Virus record (IMG/VR): IMGVR_UViG_3300017774_006254
Location: 64,001 to 128,000 of that record
Source of the DNA: a virus
DNA length: 64,000 bases
Direction: 5' to 3' (one strand)
Below are positions 45,779-55,245 of the stretch, piece after piece. The stretch's first letter is position 1. Every line of letters starts with the position of its first letter. Below the pieces are notes generated by a model that saw only the letters and a program-made list of their open reading frames with translations, was not told the origin of the DNA and made no database searches. A program made the translations under genes and the position numbers.

Positions 45779-46695
45779 GCTACGTCGGACACAGGCATGG
45801 CGTCCCGCCAATGACCCGGCACTTCTACTTGCGTGACCGTGGCCTCGGACAGAGCCCCTCACCTCCGCTTCGCTCTTTTGACGAGCTGCCAAAAGAGGGT
45901 GAGCGATTCAACATCATGTGGGCGCTCTTGAGCGACGCTCCGACGATCCAAGCTCTTCGAAATCGACTGATCGAGCTTCGAGCGTTGAACCCTAGCGAAG
46001 CGGATGATTCTTTGTCCGAGACAGGGGCACTTGTCACTGGATTGAAGAACTTCTGGCTCAGGGCTTCATCCGATCCAGACCTGTGGCCAGGTATCCACGC
46101 TCACCAGAACTTCAACTTCGGCCCGACGAATATGCAGAACGGAGTGGGTCAGATTCGCATCAATAGGGGCATGTGGGACCTCTTGAACGGTGCTGACGTG
46201 CACCGACCATGGCGCGAGACGGACCGTGGATTTGTACGCTTGCGCGCTTCGGACCCTGTCATGACAGCGATGCGCAACAGGCTTTACAGCCTCGGCTACA
46301 TCGACGCAGCCGTCATGCCTTCTGTTCAGGAAAACAGTGAGTTCGTGCGCGCTCTCATGACGTACGCATACGAGCTTGGCGGCATTGGTGTAGACGCGGG
46401 ATCCTGGCCGAGCGGCTTCAATTTCGGCCCGAACGACGGAGATAAGCTCAGGATCTCGTCGCAGCTTCTTAACTCACTGATCAACACACAGGACAACCCG
46501 AGGTCTGTGGCGGCCGTGGAGGGGTTCACATCGGGGATTGCGACCATGCGCACAAAGCCGCCGTTGATTGGCAGCGTGGGCGCAGGTTCGCCGTCGGCGC
46601 TCTTGTTGACGCCAGCGCCTGTCTTGAGAAGGGTAGCCATCTCCAGCATTGCATCTCGCCCCGGCTTGGTCGCGGCAATGACGAAGGCCAGATGA
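45775..46695 (+). CDS. MSY-family protein with two internal repeats (possibly peptidoglycan-binding-like)
   Basis: GLGQ; ALRNRL..FNFGPT..IRI and AMRNRL..FNFGPN..LRI. Confidence 0.6.
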   Translation: MSYVGHRHGVPPMTRHFYLRDRGLGQSPSPPLRSFDELPKEGERFNIMWALLSDAPTIQALRNRLIELRALNPSEADDSLSETGALVTGLKNFWLRASSDPDLWPGIHAHQNFNFGPTNMQNGVGQIRINRGMWDLLNGADVHRPWRETDRGFVRLRASDPVMTAMRNRLYSLGYIDAAVMPSVQENSEFVRALMTYAYELGGIGVDAGSWPSGFNFGPNDGDKLRISSQLLNSLINTQDNPRSVAAVEGFTSGIATMRTKPPLIGSVGAGSPSALLLTPAPVLRRVAISSIASRPGLVAAMTKAR

Positions 46696-47156
46696 TGGAT
46701 GCCAACGCACAAAAAGACCTGTACTGGTTCTTCGTCCAGCTCTGGCCATCGATGGTCGTGGCTCTCATCGTGTACGTGGGCGGTCTGACAACCAACGCGC
46801 TCGCGTCTCTGTTTTTCCCAGCGGCAAAGGCGTACCTCTCTGGCAAGCAAGCAGAGATCGATCCCTCGTGGCCGTTTCTGTTTCGCTTGTGGGCGTCGAC
46901 ACGAGTGTCTCACCCGTTTCTGGTCGGCGCGCTGATTTCTCTTGTTCCAGAACTTCCTCGGCCGGAGTTCGCCGAGGGCGAAATTAGCGCGGCTATGTGG
47001 TTCGGGCTCGTCGGCATGCTCAACGGGCAGGTGCACATGATCGGTGAGTCCGTTGTTCGACAAATTACCAGGGTGGTGGGACTCATTCTTCCGTGGGCTC
47101 GAACGAAGCTTGGCCTTCCAGCAAGCGAGACCGAATCGGACAAGACGGATGCCTGA
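46692..47156 (+). CDS. multi-TM membrane protein (holin-like candidate)
   Basis: three hydrophobic segments. Confidence 0.45.
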   Translation: MMDANAQKDLYWFFVQLWPSMVVALIVYVGGLTTNALASLFFPAAKAYLSGKQAEIDPSWPFLFRLWASTRVSHPFLVGALISLVPELPRPEFAEGEISAAMWFGLVGMLNGQVHMIGESVVRQITRVVGLILPWARTKLGLPASETESDKTDA

Positions 47157-47502
47157 CATTCTGAAGAAGCCTGGTGTTGTTCTGGTCCTGGCGATGGCGA
47201 TCTTGCTCCTGGTCGCACTGGCTGCGACGGCGTTCCAAGGCTGCCACTGCTCGGGGACGCCCGCTCTAATCGTCACGGGAATTGATGCGGGGCCTGGAGA
47301 GCGCATCATCGAGGACAGGCTTGACGCTCGCGTCCAGCAGTTGTCGGTGCGCATTGAGCAGATCGAAGAGAAGTTCTCAGACGACCTAGCGGCTTTCGAT
47401 GCGCAGCAGCGCGCTGAGTACGAGCGCTTGCGCGAAGGTGAAGACCTGGAAGCCGCAGCACGAATGCTGTCTGATTGGAATCGGCACCGGACTCGCCAAT
47501 GA
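47149..47502 (+). CDS. membrane-anchored/lipoprotein coiled-coil protein (spanin-like candidate)
   Basis: N-terminal hydrophobic helix ending AFQGC, then coiled coil. Confidence 0.45.
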   Translation: MPDILKKPGVVLVLAMAILLLVALAATAFQGCHCSGTPALIVTGIDAGPGERIIEDRLDARVQQLSVRIEQIEEKFSDDLAAFDAQQRAEYERLREGEDLEAAARMLSDWNRHRTRQ

Positions 47503-48833
47503 AGTACAGCTTCCGCGAGTTCTCGGATGCATTACCGAAGTCGATTGTGGCACTTGCCCAGGCCAACACCTACGAGGTGCTCAGTCATCCGCGTCTCATC
47601 TTGATGCACGCGGCGGAAGAAGTGCAAATCTTCCTGGATTCCCGTTGTCGCCAGTATCTACCCGAAGCACTACGAGTCCTGCCGAATGACCCTGAGGCCA
47701 GGTTCGACTCTGCGCATGATGATAGACGGTTGATATTCGCAGCTATCGGGGCTCTTTGCGACGAGGGTTTTCAGCCTTTTGCAGCAAATCTAGCTCCGCC
47801 GCCAGATCATGAAGTAGCGGGACTATTGCCGGACATAGGCTTGCTCATTCAGCTGGTTCAACAGGATGAGCCTCTGTACCAGGAGCAAGCAAGCCGGTGG
47901 CTCGTCGCTGCGCATTTTTATGAGCAGTTCCGTGCCTACCTAGAAGAGAGCCCGGGCTTCTCTGAGTCCAGCTTGCGCATGACGCCAGAGCAAGCGGCCA
48001 TTGGAGTGGGAATTATCAACAAGTGGTGGCCGTGGGTTGAAGCGATCGAAGCGGCCTCCAAGTCGGGCGAATGGGTCGACTGGAAAGGCCTTGGCGCGTC
48101 TGGTCTTCATCCGAACGCGAGAGCGACAAGTTTTCGCAAGTTGCTCGCCAGCCTTCCCGAGCCGCTGTCCGGGCCGTTGCGCGTCAAAGATGCGCGCGAG
48201 TCGCTCCAACGATGTGGGAGCGAAGCGCTGTCTACGGCGGCGATCATATGCCGTGCGTCCAAACCGGATGCACTGCGAAAGGCCATCAGCGAAACCGCGC
48301 TCATGAGAAGCGATTTTGAGTTTCTTACTCGCTTCACGTTTGCTGCGATTGCCCGTCTTTCCGATGAGGGCTTTCAGCCGTTCCTTTCCAGTCTGACACC
48401 TCCAAACGATCCCGGGTTTGACGAGTTCTTACCGAGCGCTGACGCGTTGATTCGCCTGGTGCAGCAAGACGAGCGCCTGTATCAGGAGCAAGCTAGCCGC
48501 TGGCTTGTGGCAGCTCATTGCCACGCGCAACTGCGCGCTTACAGCAAGGACAACCCTGAATGCTTTCTTGGTCATTCATACGACAATCTGATGACCATCG
48601 AGCAGGCTGAGGGCTTGGTTGCCATTTTGAACAAATGGTGGCCGTGGGTCGCAATCTGCGACAAGGCGATCTCGACCGAAGGCACCTATGACCCTGCTCG
48701 GCGCTTGCGGGATGGAACGACCAACTACATCGACTGGAAGCATCTTTTTGGCGCTACCGAACTTCGTCCGAATGCAAGACGCACGAGCAAGCGCCGCCGC
48801 ACAAGCAGACGCTCCTCCAGGCGTGTAAGGTAG
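47499..48833 (+). CDS. protein made of two tandem homologous domains with Arg/Ser-rich tail
   Basis: DEGFQPF..LVQQDE.LYQEQASRWLVAAH..NKWWPWV occurs twice; both units end L.PNAR. Confidence 0.75.
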   Translation: MKYSFREFSDALPKSIVALAQANTYEVLSHPRLILMHAAEEVQIFLDSRCRQYLPEALRVLPNDPEARFDSAHDDRRLIFAAIGALCDEGFQPFAANLAPPPDHEVAGLLPDIGLLIQLVQQDEPLYQEQASRWLVAAHFYEQFRAYLEESPGFSESSLRMTPEQAAIGVGIINKWWPWVEAIEAASKSGEWVDWKGLGASGLHPNARATSFRKLLASLPEPLSGPLRVKDARESLQRCGSEALSTAAIICRASKPDALRKAISETALMRSDFEFLTRFTFAAIARLSDEGFQPFLSSLTPPNDPGFDEFLPSADALIRLVQQDERLYQEQASRWLVAAHCHAQLRAYSKDNPECFLGHSYDNLMTIEQAEGLVAILNKWWPWVAICDKAISTEGTYDPARRLRDGTTNYIDWKHLFGATELRPNARRTSKRRRTSRRSSRRVR

Positions 48834-48837
48834 AACC

Positions 48838-49311
48838 ATGTTTCGTCACATCGCTGCGCTCACCATCTGCCTCTGCACTGCCTCCGTGCCCGCTGAGGCC
48901 CAGAATGCGCCCGAGTATCAGCTCACTGAGCCAGCGGACATTCTCCCTCTGCGAAGGGGTTCCGTTGCGCCACGTGACGGGCTTCTCATTGACGCGTCGG
49001 ACCTCCTACAGATTCGCGCCGACTACGAGCGTCTGCGGTTCCTCTTGGCGCGCACCTCAGAGCGCGACACTGAGGTCTGCGGGATACGCGTGCAGATTGA
49101 AGAGGCGCGGACGGCCGCTTGCGGCGAGCGCGTGAGGCTCCGAGACGATCTGTGGACCGCGCGGCAGGCGGAGCTTGTGGGCCAGGTTGCCGCCGCTCAG
49201 GAGCAGGCTCGTCGCGCCGCGGAGCGTGGCTGGTGGGAGCTTCCGATCGTCTGGGCGATACTCGGGGCGGCCGTAGTCGGAGCCGCGTGGATTGCAGCCG
49301 CTGTGTACTAG
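48838..49311 (+). CDS. secreted coiled-coil protein with C-terminal TM
   Basis: signal peptide (AEA-Q), APRDGLLI, C-terminal WAILGAAVVGAAWIAA. Confidence 0.6.
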   Translation: MFRHIAALTICLCTASVPAEAQNAPEYQLTEPADILPLRRGSVAPRDGLLIDASDLLQIRADYERLRFLLARTSERDTEVCGIRVQIEEARTAACGERVRLRDDLWTARQAELVGQVAAAQEQARRAAERGWWELPIVWAILGAAVVGAAWIAAAVY

Positions 49312-49331
49312 TTGACGACCCAGTCTGAACC

Positions 49332-49340
49332 TGTCAGACA
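49332..49340. promoter_or_regulatory. TGTCNGACA operator upstream of the LexA-like gene
   Basis: TGTCAGACA 6 nt before ATG 49347; TTGACG at 49312. Confidence 0.65.
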
Positions 49341-49346
49341 CGTGGT

Positions 49347-50135
49347 ATGTCGAATGAAGGCGGTCCGAAGATACTGGTGAACCCGATCACAGATCGGCAG
49401 CGAGACGTGCTCGTCTGTATCCGCAAGTCCCTCGATGACCATGCGTACGCTCCAACGCTTCGGGAGATTGGTGACGCCCTCGACATCCAGAGTACCAATG
49501 GTGTGACCGAGCACCTCCAGGCGCTGATCCGCAAGGGCTACGTCGAGAAGGATGGTCAGAAGTCGAGAGCGCTGCGTCTTACGAAGATGGGGATGATCAT
49601 CACGGACCCGCCTCGACTTCCTGATGTCAGAAGAGGGAACTACCCCAGCAATCCCACGGAGGGTATCGAGCAGACATACTCGGTCGTCTCTTCCTTGCGG
49701 TATCTGGCAGACGCCGCGGACCATCTGCTCCACGACCACAACTGCGACACGTTGCACTGGGAGCAGATCGTGGCCGCGAAGGACGCGGCTCGTATTCACG
49801 CGGACAGGCTGGAAAAATCAGGAGACCCCGAATCCGAGCGAGACGCTCTGCGCTCGGAGAACGCAAAGCTAAGGCGTCGCCTTGAGACAGCTTCGCCTTG
49901 GCAGGCAAAGTCGTTCACGGAAGAAGAGATGCGCGCGATCGAGTCGAGGTGGGCTACGGGACCTGAGAGGTATCAGGCAGACGCAGACTCGATGATCGCC
50001 TTCATCCGGTTCCTGAAGGGCGCCAACCAAGAGCTGCGCGCGAGAATCATGGAGTCGTCTGACGAGAAGCTGCAAGGAGCGGCGACTGAGTCGGTGGAAG
50101 AATTGTTCGCTGCGCACCGGCGGAGGGAGTCGTGA
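49347..50135 (+). CDS. LexA-type winged-HTH repressor domain fused to a non-peptidase coiled-coil region
   Basis: TDRQRDVL..PTLREIGDALDIQSTNGVTEHLQALIRKGYV..SRAL; no Ala-Gly site or Ser/Lys S24 domain seen. Confidence 0.8.
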   Translation: MSNEGGPKILVNPITDRQRDVLVCIRKSLDDHAYAPTLREIGDALDIQSTNGVTEHLQALIRKGYVEKDGQKSRALRLTKMGMIITDPPRLPDVRRGNYPSNPTEGIEQTYSVVSSLRYLADAADHLLHDHNCDTLHWEQIVAAKDAARIHADRLEKSGDPESERDALRSENAKLRRRLETASPWQAKSFTEEEMRAIESRWATGPERYQADADSMIAFIRFLKGANQELRARIMESSDEKLQGAATESVEELFAAHRRRES

Positions 50136-50440
50136 GACTCTTCGGCGTTCAGGTTTGCAGGCGCCTCGGCCTCCCCAAGACGCAGCAGATCGCTGTTGGG
50201 AAAGAGTGGACGGCGCTGATTAGCCAGCCGGGAGACGAGTCTTGCTACGAACTCGAAGTGATGTTCTCGGGCGAAGTGGGTTGCAATGTTCGTGTTCGCG
50301 TAGGAGCGCAGGGCTCGACATTCGCGACGGCGACTCGTGCCATCGAGCTTGAAATCGAAGCAGCCGTTCGCGGCGAAATTGATCGCCGGTCTACGCAGCT
50401 GAAGCACATGCGGGCTTCGCTGTCGCAGCAGCGTGCCTAG
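50132..50440 (+). CDS. hypothetical protein
   Basis: GTGA overlap after GGAG. Confidence 0.5.
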   Translation: MRLFGVQVCRRLGLPKTQQIAVGKEWTALISQPGDESCYELEVMFSGEVGCNVRVRVGAQGSTFATATRAIELEIEAAVRGEIDRRSTQLKHMRASLSQQRA

Positions 50441-50603
50441 TCCGTCGGATGCGTCAAGTGCAGGTACCACGGACCAGCGAACGTCTTCTTCTTTCGACGC
50501 CGCTTGCTCTCTTTGACCATCTCCAGCTGACGCTCGACCTTGATCGACTTGTAGCGCGGAGGTGGTGGGATGAGAGTGCTGTCCCGCGGCGACTGGATGG
50601 TCT

Positions 50604-50819
50604 TCACGTTGATACCGGCGTCGCGCTGATGCGATTATTCTTCAGCCAGTCGTCCACCACTCGCTTCGCACAAGCGAATCTCGGCTTCTCTGTCTGGCCG
50701 TTCAGTACCTTTGCGATGAACATGACGGTTGGCAGCTGCCCCGGAAACCTTCGAAGTTCCTGGTGTATCTCGGCTACCACTACGCCGCGGCCATCGACCC
50801 ATTTGAACATCGCTGCCAC
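50604..50819 (-). CDS. hypothetical protein
   Basis: short ORF in minus-strand run. Confidence 0.45.
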   Translation of the reverse strand: MAAMFKWVDGRGVVVAEIHQELRRFPGQLPTVMFIAKVLNGQTEKPRFACAKRVVDDWLKNNRISATPVST

Positions 50820-50823
50820 GGGG

Positions 50824-51033
50824 TCACCTGTGTCGACGGCGACGCCTGTTCTTGCTCATCGCTCTTGCCGGAAGGAAGAGGAGCGCGGCGCCCAGTCCCG
50901 CAATCAGCAGGCCCGTTCCCCACCTTGACTGACTGACACCCTCACCAAGGCCGTTCATGCCACAGCCGCATCCCTCCAAACCCTGCAACGGAAATCGGGT
51001 GCTGCGCATACCTGTGTTCTGCGTGTAACTCAT
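50824..51033 (-). CDS. small MSY-family membrane protein
   Basis: MSYTQ..GLEGCGCGMNGLGE, TM, tail MSKNRRRRRHR. Confidence 0.65.
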   Translation of the reverse strand: MSYTQNTGMRSTRFPLQGLEGCGCGMNGLGEGVSQSRWGTGLLIAGLGAALLFLPARAMSKNRRRRRHR

Positions 51034-51122
51034 AGCAGTCACTGTAGCCCACCCGCGCTCGTCTCCCAAGCCAACTATCAGCTAACTATCAATCAGCCGC
51101 GAATTGATACAGACGAGACTCG

Positions 51123-52334
51123 ATGCGAATTCTAATGGCCACGAACACATATCTTCCCCATGTTGGCGGTGTAGCCAATTCTGTCGACAGAATGGTCAGA
51201 AGCCTTCGAAAGATGGGGCATGACGTCCTTGTCGTGGCGCCTGGGGACAGCGCGATGGCACCCATCTATCTCGATGATGAGCACGTGGTGCGGATGCCTG
51301 CACTCGCTTCTGTCGCTGGCAGTGGATTTGCCCTCCCCCTGCCGACGGCCGAAAAACTGACGGCGATCATCGCCGCATTCGATCCGGACATCATCCACTC
51401 GCACCACCAATTCTCGCTTGGAAAAGCCGCGCTCACGGCGGCTCGCCTTCTTCAGAAGCCCATCGTCGTCACCGTTCACACGTTCCTTGAGAACATGGTC
51501 ACGAGCTTCAAGTCGCCGATCAAAACATCGCCGTCAACAAAGATTGTTGCGGCAGCCGCTTCGTTCCTGGGGATGGCCACGTTCCCGATTTTCTATGAGA
51601 ACCAGTGTGACGCGGTGCTCGCGCCAACCGATAGTGCAGCCAGGCTTCTTCTTGAAAGAGGGGTCACGTCTCCCATCTACATCACGCCGTCGGGCATCGA
51701 CGCTGACATGTACGCGCGGCCTGACGGCGCTCCGGTGAGAAAGAAGTACGCGATAGATCCAGGCGCGTTCGTAATCGGTCACGTTGGCCGACTGTCGAAG
51801 GAGAAGAATCTCATTCTTCTTGCGAATGCGATGGCCATCGCTCTGGCCGACAACTTCGGCACCCGAGCTGTCATCGTGGGAGACGGGCCCTGCATGGGCG
51901 AGATGAAGGCAATCTTTCAGCGGCGTCGCGTCGGGGCTCGTGTGCGCTGGCTTGGCGTGAAGCGTGGCCAAGATCTGGCGAACGCATACGGAGCTATGGA
52001 CGTGTTCGGCTTTGCTTCGGTCATCGAAACCCAAGGCCTTGTCCTGGCTGAGTCAATGGCGGCGAGTACGCCTGTCATCGCGCTGGATGGACCAGGCACG
52101 CGGGACATCATCCGCAGTGGGGAGAACGGCCAATTGGTCTCCGAGTTGAGCCCGGAGGCGCTCGCAGAGGCGATGATCGATTGGGCGAAGATTCCTCGGC
52201 CAGAACGAGTCAGGAGGCGTGCTCAGGCAAGGGCTACTGGGTTCGATTACGCGCTTGAGAAAACCACAGCGAGACTCGTGTCTGTGTACATGCGGGTTGC
52301 ACATGATGTCAGACAGCGAGTACAGTCGCGCTGA
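51123..52334 (+). CDS. GT4 (GT-B) glycosyltransferase, lipid glucosyl/mannosyltransferase-like
   Basis: TNTYLPHVGGVANSV, DIIHSHH, VGRLSKEKN, ETQGLVLAESMA. Confidence 0.9.
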   Translation: MRILMATNTYLPHVGGVANSVDRMVRSLRKMGHDVLVVAPGDSAMAPIYLDDEHVVRMPALASVAGSGFALPLPTAEKLTAIIAAFDPDIIHSHHQFSLGKAALTAARLLQKPIVVTVHTFLENMVTSFKSPIKTSPSTKIVAAAASFLGMATFPIFYENQCDAVLAPTDSAARLLLERGVTSPIYITPSGIDADMYARPDGAPVRKKYAIDPGAFVIGHVGRLSKEKNLILLANAMAIALADNFGTRAVIVGDGPCMGEMKAIFQRRRVGARVRWLGVKRGQDLANAYGAMDVFGFASVIETQGLVLAESMAASTPVIALDGPGTRDIIRSGENGQLVSELSPEALAEAMIDWAKIPRPERVRRRAQARATGFDYALEKTTARLVSVYMRVAHDVRQRVQSR

Positions 52335-52747
52335 TGTCAGACGAAGACTTGAGCCCTCCACCAGCGAACACCGGCGACGCCTACAGGCTCGTCTTCCTGA
52401 AGATTGACTCTGAAGGTGTCATCTCGATCAGCGGTTCGGTCAGGTCTCTCACTACGAAGATCTACGACCGGCGGACAGCGATTCGCTTCGCGGCGCATGA
52501 GATTCAAGAAGCGCCAGTCGGGGTCGCGGAACAGATCGTGGCTGTTGTTGGCCCGAACGGGAGAGCGCTCGCGGTGCTCGCGGCAAGCGGGAAGCCGGTT
52601 CGAGCTGCTCTTGCTCTGCGAACGAAGCGAGCGCTTTCTGGGCTCCTTCCTAACGACATTCAGCCGCGACGCCGAACGAGCCGGACGCCTGTCGATCGCC
52701 TGAGCAAGGGGTCCGAGGCGAAGCGTCGCACGTCGAGACGGGCCTAA
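52334..52747 (+). CDS. hypothetical protein with Arg-rich tail
   Basis: TGATG coupling; LLPN..RRRTSR; TGTCAGACA at 52307-52315 just upstream. Confidence 0.55.
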   Translation: MSDEDLSPPPANTGDAYRLVFLKIDSEGVISISGSVRSLTTKIYDRRTAIRFAAHEIQEAPVGVAEQIVAVVGPNGRALAVLAASGKPVRAALALRTKRALSGLLPNDIQPRRRTSRTPVDRLSKGSEAKRRTSRRA

Positions 52748-52794
52748 TTGCCCAAGGGTGGAGCCAAGGCACCGGGTCGCGTATGCTTGAGCCC

Positions 52795-53178
52795 ATGCAT
52801 GTGAACCCCTCTCCCGCAAGCGTTCAACCGTACGTCCCCTCGCTGTACCTTCCAGGGAGCCTCGGACGCTTTCGTCAGTACCCTCGGCGCGTCGTGACGC
52901 CTATTCCAGGCGCGGGCTACAACGTGGGCCGAGGCGTGTGGGGAGAGCAGGTCTTGTACCTCGGCGGGTACGGCGACCTGTTCCGTCGAGGCCGCTCGTA
53001 CCCGTACGGCAAATACGCTCAGGTGCCATTGCGTGGCATGGGACAGGTTCCGACTTCGCCTTGGTACATGAGGGGCTGGGTCTGGGCTCTCGCAGGAGGA
53101 GGCTTGGCTGTCCTTGGCGCTGGGTCTTACATGGCCCTTCGCAAGAACGGTCGCAGCCGTCGCAGGAGAGCGCGATGA
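52795..53178 (+). CDS. small membrane protein (GMGQ, TM, basic tail)
   Basis: RGMGQVP; TM WVWALAGGGLAVLGAG; LRKNGRSRRRR. Confidence 0.6.
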   Translation: MHVNPSPASVQPYVPSLYLPGSLGRFRQYPRRVVTPIPGAGYNVGRGVWGEQVLYLGGYGDLFRRGRSYPYGKYAQVPLRGMGQVPTSPWYMRGWVWALAGGGLAVLGAGSYMALRKNGRSRRRRAR

Positions 53179-53624
53179 GCTACGCATCCAAGAAGTATTG
53201 GAACGAGTACGCAAGTGCTTGCCAAGGGATGGCGGACGAAGGCGCGTGCTTGAACCGAGCGATTCAGCATGGGGCGTCTGTGACGTTCGCGGCGAGCGGC
53301 ATGGGCCAGGTGCCCGTGCAGACCGTCCAGCAGGGCATCGCCACAGCTGCGAACGTCTCGGAGATCACTGTTCAGCTCTTGCGCAACCCTGAGATGTTTG
53401 CGTCGCAGCAAGCGCCTCGAATCGTCAATGCGCTCGACACGTACATCGTGACGCCGTTAGTCGACCGAGCTGCGGACAGAGCCACGCCGTACTTCGTGCG
53501 CTACGTGATGCCGCCGCTGGCGGTGCTGTACGTGCTGTCTGGTCTCGCGGCTTTCTACAGCTACAAGGTTTTGGAAGGTCAGCGAGACCGAAAGGTGTCG
53601 CCGAACCGTCGTCGACGCAGGTAA
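53175..53624 (+). CDS. MSY-family membrane protein
   Basis: MSYASKK..GMGQVP; TM; VSPNRRRRR. Confidence 0.65.
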   Translation: MSYASKKYWNEYASACQGMADEGACLNRAIQHGASVTFAASGMGQVPVQTVQQGIATAANVSEITVQLLRNPEMFASQQAPRIVNALDTYIVTPLVDRAADRATPYFVRYVMPPLAVLYVLSGLAAFYSYKVLEGQRDRKVSPNRRRRR

Positions 53625-53647
53625 TCAAAAGAAGGCTGGGCGCCACC

Positions 53648-54202
53648 ATGAATGTTTCAAAACGTGATCTTTTCTCGATGAGTTCGCAGCAGGCGGCGGC
53701 CGGTCGTCAGGCCTGGACGAAGGCTGGTCAGAAGGGCCGATTGGCAAGCTCGTCGTTTGATGCCGAGGCTATGGCTCCGAAGACTTGGATCATCTGGGTC
53801 GGACCCAAGGGTGATGAGATCGCGACGATTGAATGCGAGCTGTACGCCGTGCCACGTGCCAGCAATGCGAACGAGCAGATCGGTATGCTGATTGGCATGT
53901 GCCCCCGGTGTGGCGAGAACTTCACGGTCCGCGAGGACAACAAGGGCATGACGTGCGAGCGCGTGTCTTTCCGCAAAGCGCCCAAGCACCTGAAGATCAA
54001 CTGGCAGTTCCATTGCAAGAACGTGCTGATGAAGCCGGTGATGGACGACGATCAGATCCCTGTCATCAGCAGTCCCGAGCGCTGGGCCTGTGACTACTGC
54101 AAGGGCTGGTGTGTGCGAGTGAGCGGGGGCATTGCTACAACGGATATGACCGGAGTCACGCAGTTCTCAGTATCGGGCAACACGCCCATCATCGGAAGGT
54201 AG
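53648..54202 (+). CDS. Zn-ribbon hypothetical protein
   Basis: CPRC...CDYCKGWC. Confidence 0.6.
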   Translation: MNVSKRDLFSMSSQQAAAGRQAWTKAGQKGRLASSSFDAEAMAPKTWIIWVGPKGDEIATIECELYAVPRASNANEQIGMLIGMCPRCGENFTVREDNKGMTCERVSFRKAPKHLKINWQFHCKNVLMKPVMDDDQIPVISSPERWACDYCKGWCVRVSGGIATTDMTGVTQFSVSGNTPIIGR

Positions 54203-54204
54203 CT

Positions 54205-54555
54205 ATGTCGTATCACTTGGGCCCGAGTCCAATTCCGCAACCACTGGTGCGGCCGAGGTACACGGCCCCACAGCCTGTGTACGAGTTCCTGCCGCTGGCA
54301 CAAGTTCCTTCTCAGCCCACAGGGCTGGTTCTGGACGCGACCACGAAGCGCGTTCTCATTGCGGTAGGGCTGTTCTTGCTCGCCGTGGTGCTCTTCTACG
54401 TGTTCCGAGGTAAGCCGCTTGCGAAGAACCATCGCCCAATCAAGCGGGCCTCGACGCCAGAACTTGCGAAGAATTTGTACGACCGACTTGAGCGACGCGG
54501 GGGCGCGAACGAGGCGACGATGCGAAGTCTCAAAGCGTACTCAAGAAAGAAGTAG
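54205..54555 (+). CDS. MSY-family membrane protein
   Basis: MSYHLG..LAQVP; TM VLIAVGLFLLAVVLFYVF; LAKNHR. Confidence 0.65.
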   Translation: MSYHLGPSPIPQPLVRPRYTAPQPVYEFLPLAQVPSQPTGLVLDATTKRVLIAVGLFLLAVVLFYVFRGKPLAKNHRPIKRASTPELAKNLYDRLERRGGANEATMRSLKAYSRKK

Positions 54556-54572
54556 TCTGTCGTAAGAACCAG

Positions 54573-54602
54573 TTGACACGAGTGTCAGACAGGTGGTACT
54601 TC
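54573..54602 (+). promoter_or_regulatory. promoter with TGTCNGACA operator in the spacer
   Basis: TTGACA 54573-54578, TGTCAGACA 54583-54591, TACTTC 54597. Confidence 0.65.
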
Positions 54603-54611
54603 TGACGCTCG

Positions 54612-54761
54612 ATGATCGCTGATTCAGTACGCAGAGCCGCAGAGTACGTCGTCATGTTTTGTGGCGCGGCGAGCCTGTTCAGCGATACAGCTTTTCAAGT
54701 AGCGCTGGTTGCCGCGGTAGCTTTGATTGCGTTCGATACGCTAGATCGCGTCAAAACATGA
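54612..54761 (+). CDS. 49-aa hydrophobic small protein
   Basis: MIADSVRRAAEYVVMF..ALVAAVALIAF; ATGA overlap with next ORF; below the ORF-track cutoff. Confidence 0.45.
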   Translation: MIADSVRRAAEYVVMFCGAASLFSDTAFQVALVAAVALIAFDTLDRVKT

Positions 54762-55135
54762 AGGCGCTCACAAGCATCGCAGCGACGTACGCCGCACGCC
54801 CGGACGAGCAAGTTGTGTCCGATGTGCTGGGTGGCGTTGTCATGTCTGTGACGGCACTGCTTCTGTTCTTCTGGGAGACCTTCTGGCAGTGGCTAACAAA
54901 GGATCTCCGGACAGGTGAAACCAAGCGGAAGCGGCGTAAAGCGAGCCGCGTCTTCTTCGGCTGCCATTCTTGCAAGGTGGTAGCCAAGTACGCTCTCTCG
55001 GATGGTCCGAAGGTGAGCATTGCGAACTCAGGACTGATCGACCATTTCCACCGGCGATCAATAATCATCGCATGGAGAACGAGTGCTACAGGTCTTAGTA
55101 GCATGCGGGTGGCGCCCGCAGTTCAGCGGATCTGA
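54758..55135 (+). CDS. membrane protein
   Basis: TM VLGGVVMSVTALLLFFW, CHSC. Confidence 0.45.
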   Translation: MKALTSIAATYAARPDEQVVSDVLGGVVMSVTALLLFFWETFWQWLTKDLRTGETKRKRRKASRVFFGCHSCKVVAKYALSDGPKVSIANSGLIDHFHRRSIIIAWRTSATGLSSMRVAPAVQRI

Positions 55136-55245
55136 TACCAGGATGCGCGTAATTCGCGGCTGGGCAGAGTCATTAGTCAGGTAAGCGAATGAGAACCCGC
55201 AAACTAACCAGGGCGGGCAAGTAGTGTATCCTGACCTGCCACTAT

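Noticed and set aside
54647-54766. Structured ncRNA (CATGTTTTG...CAAAACATG long-range pairing) after the 54573 promoter
   Set aside because: Region is explained by a 49-aa hydrophobic ORF with ATGA coupling; a 9-bp pairing alone is insufficient
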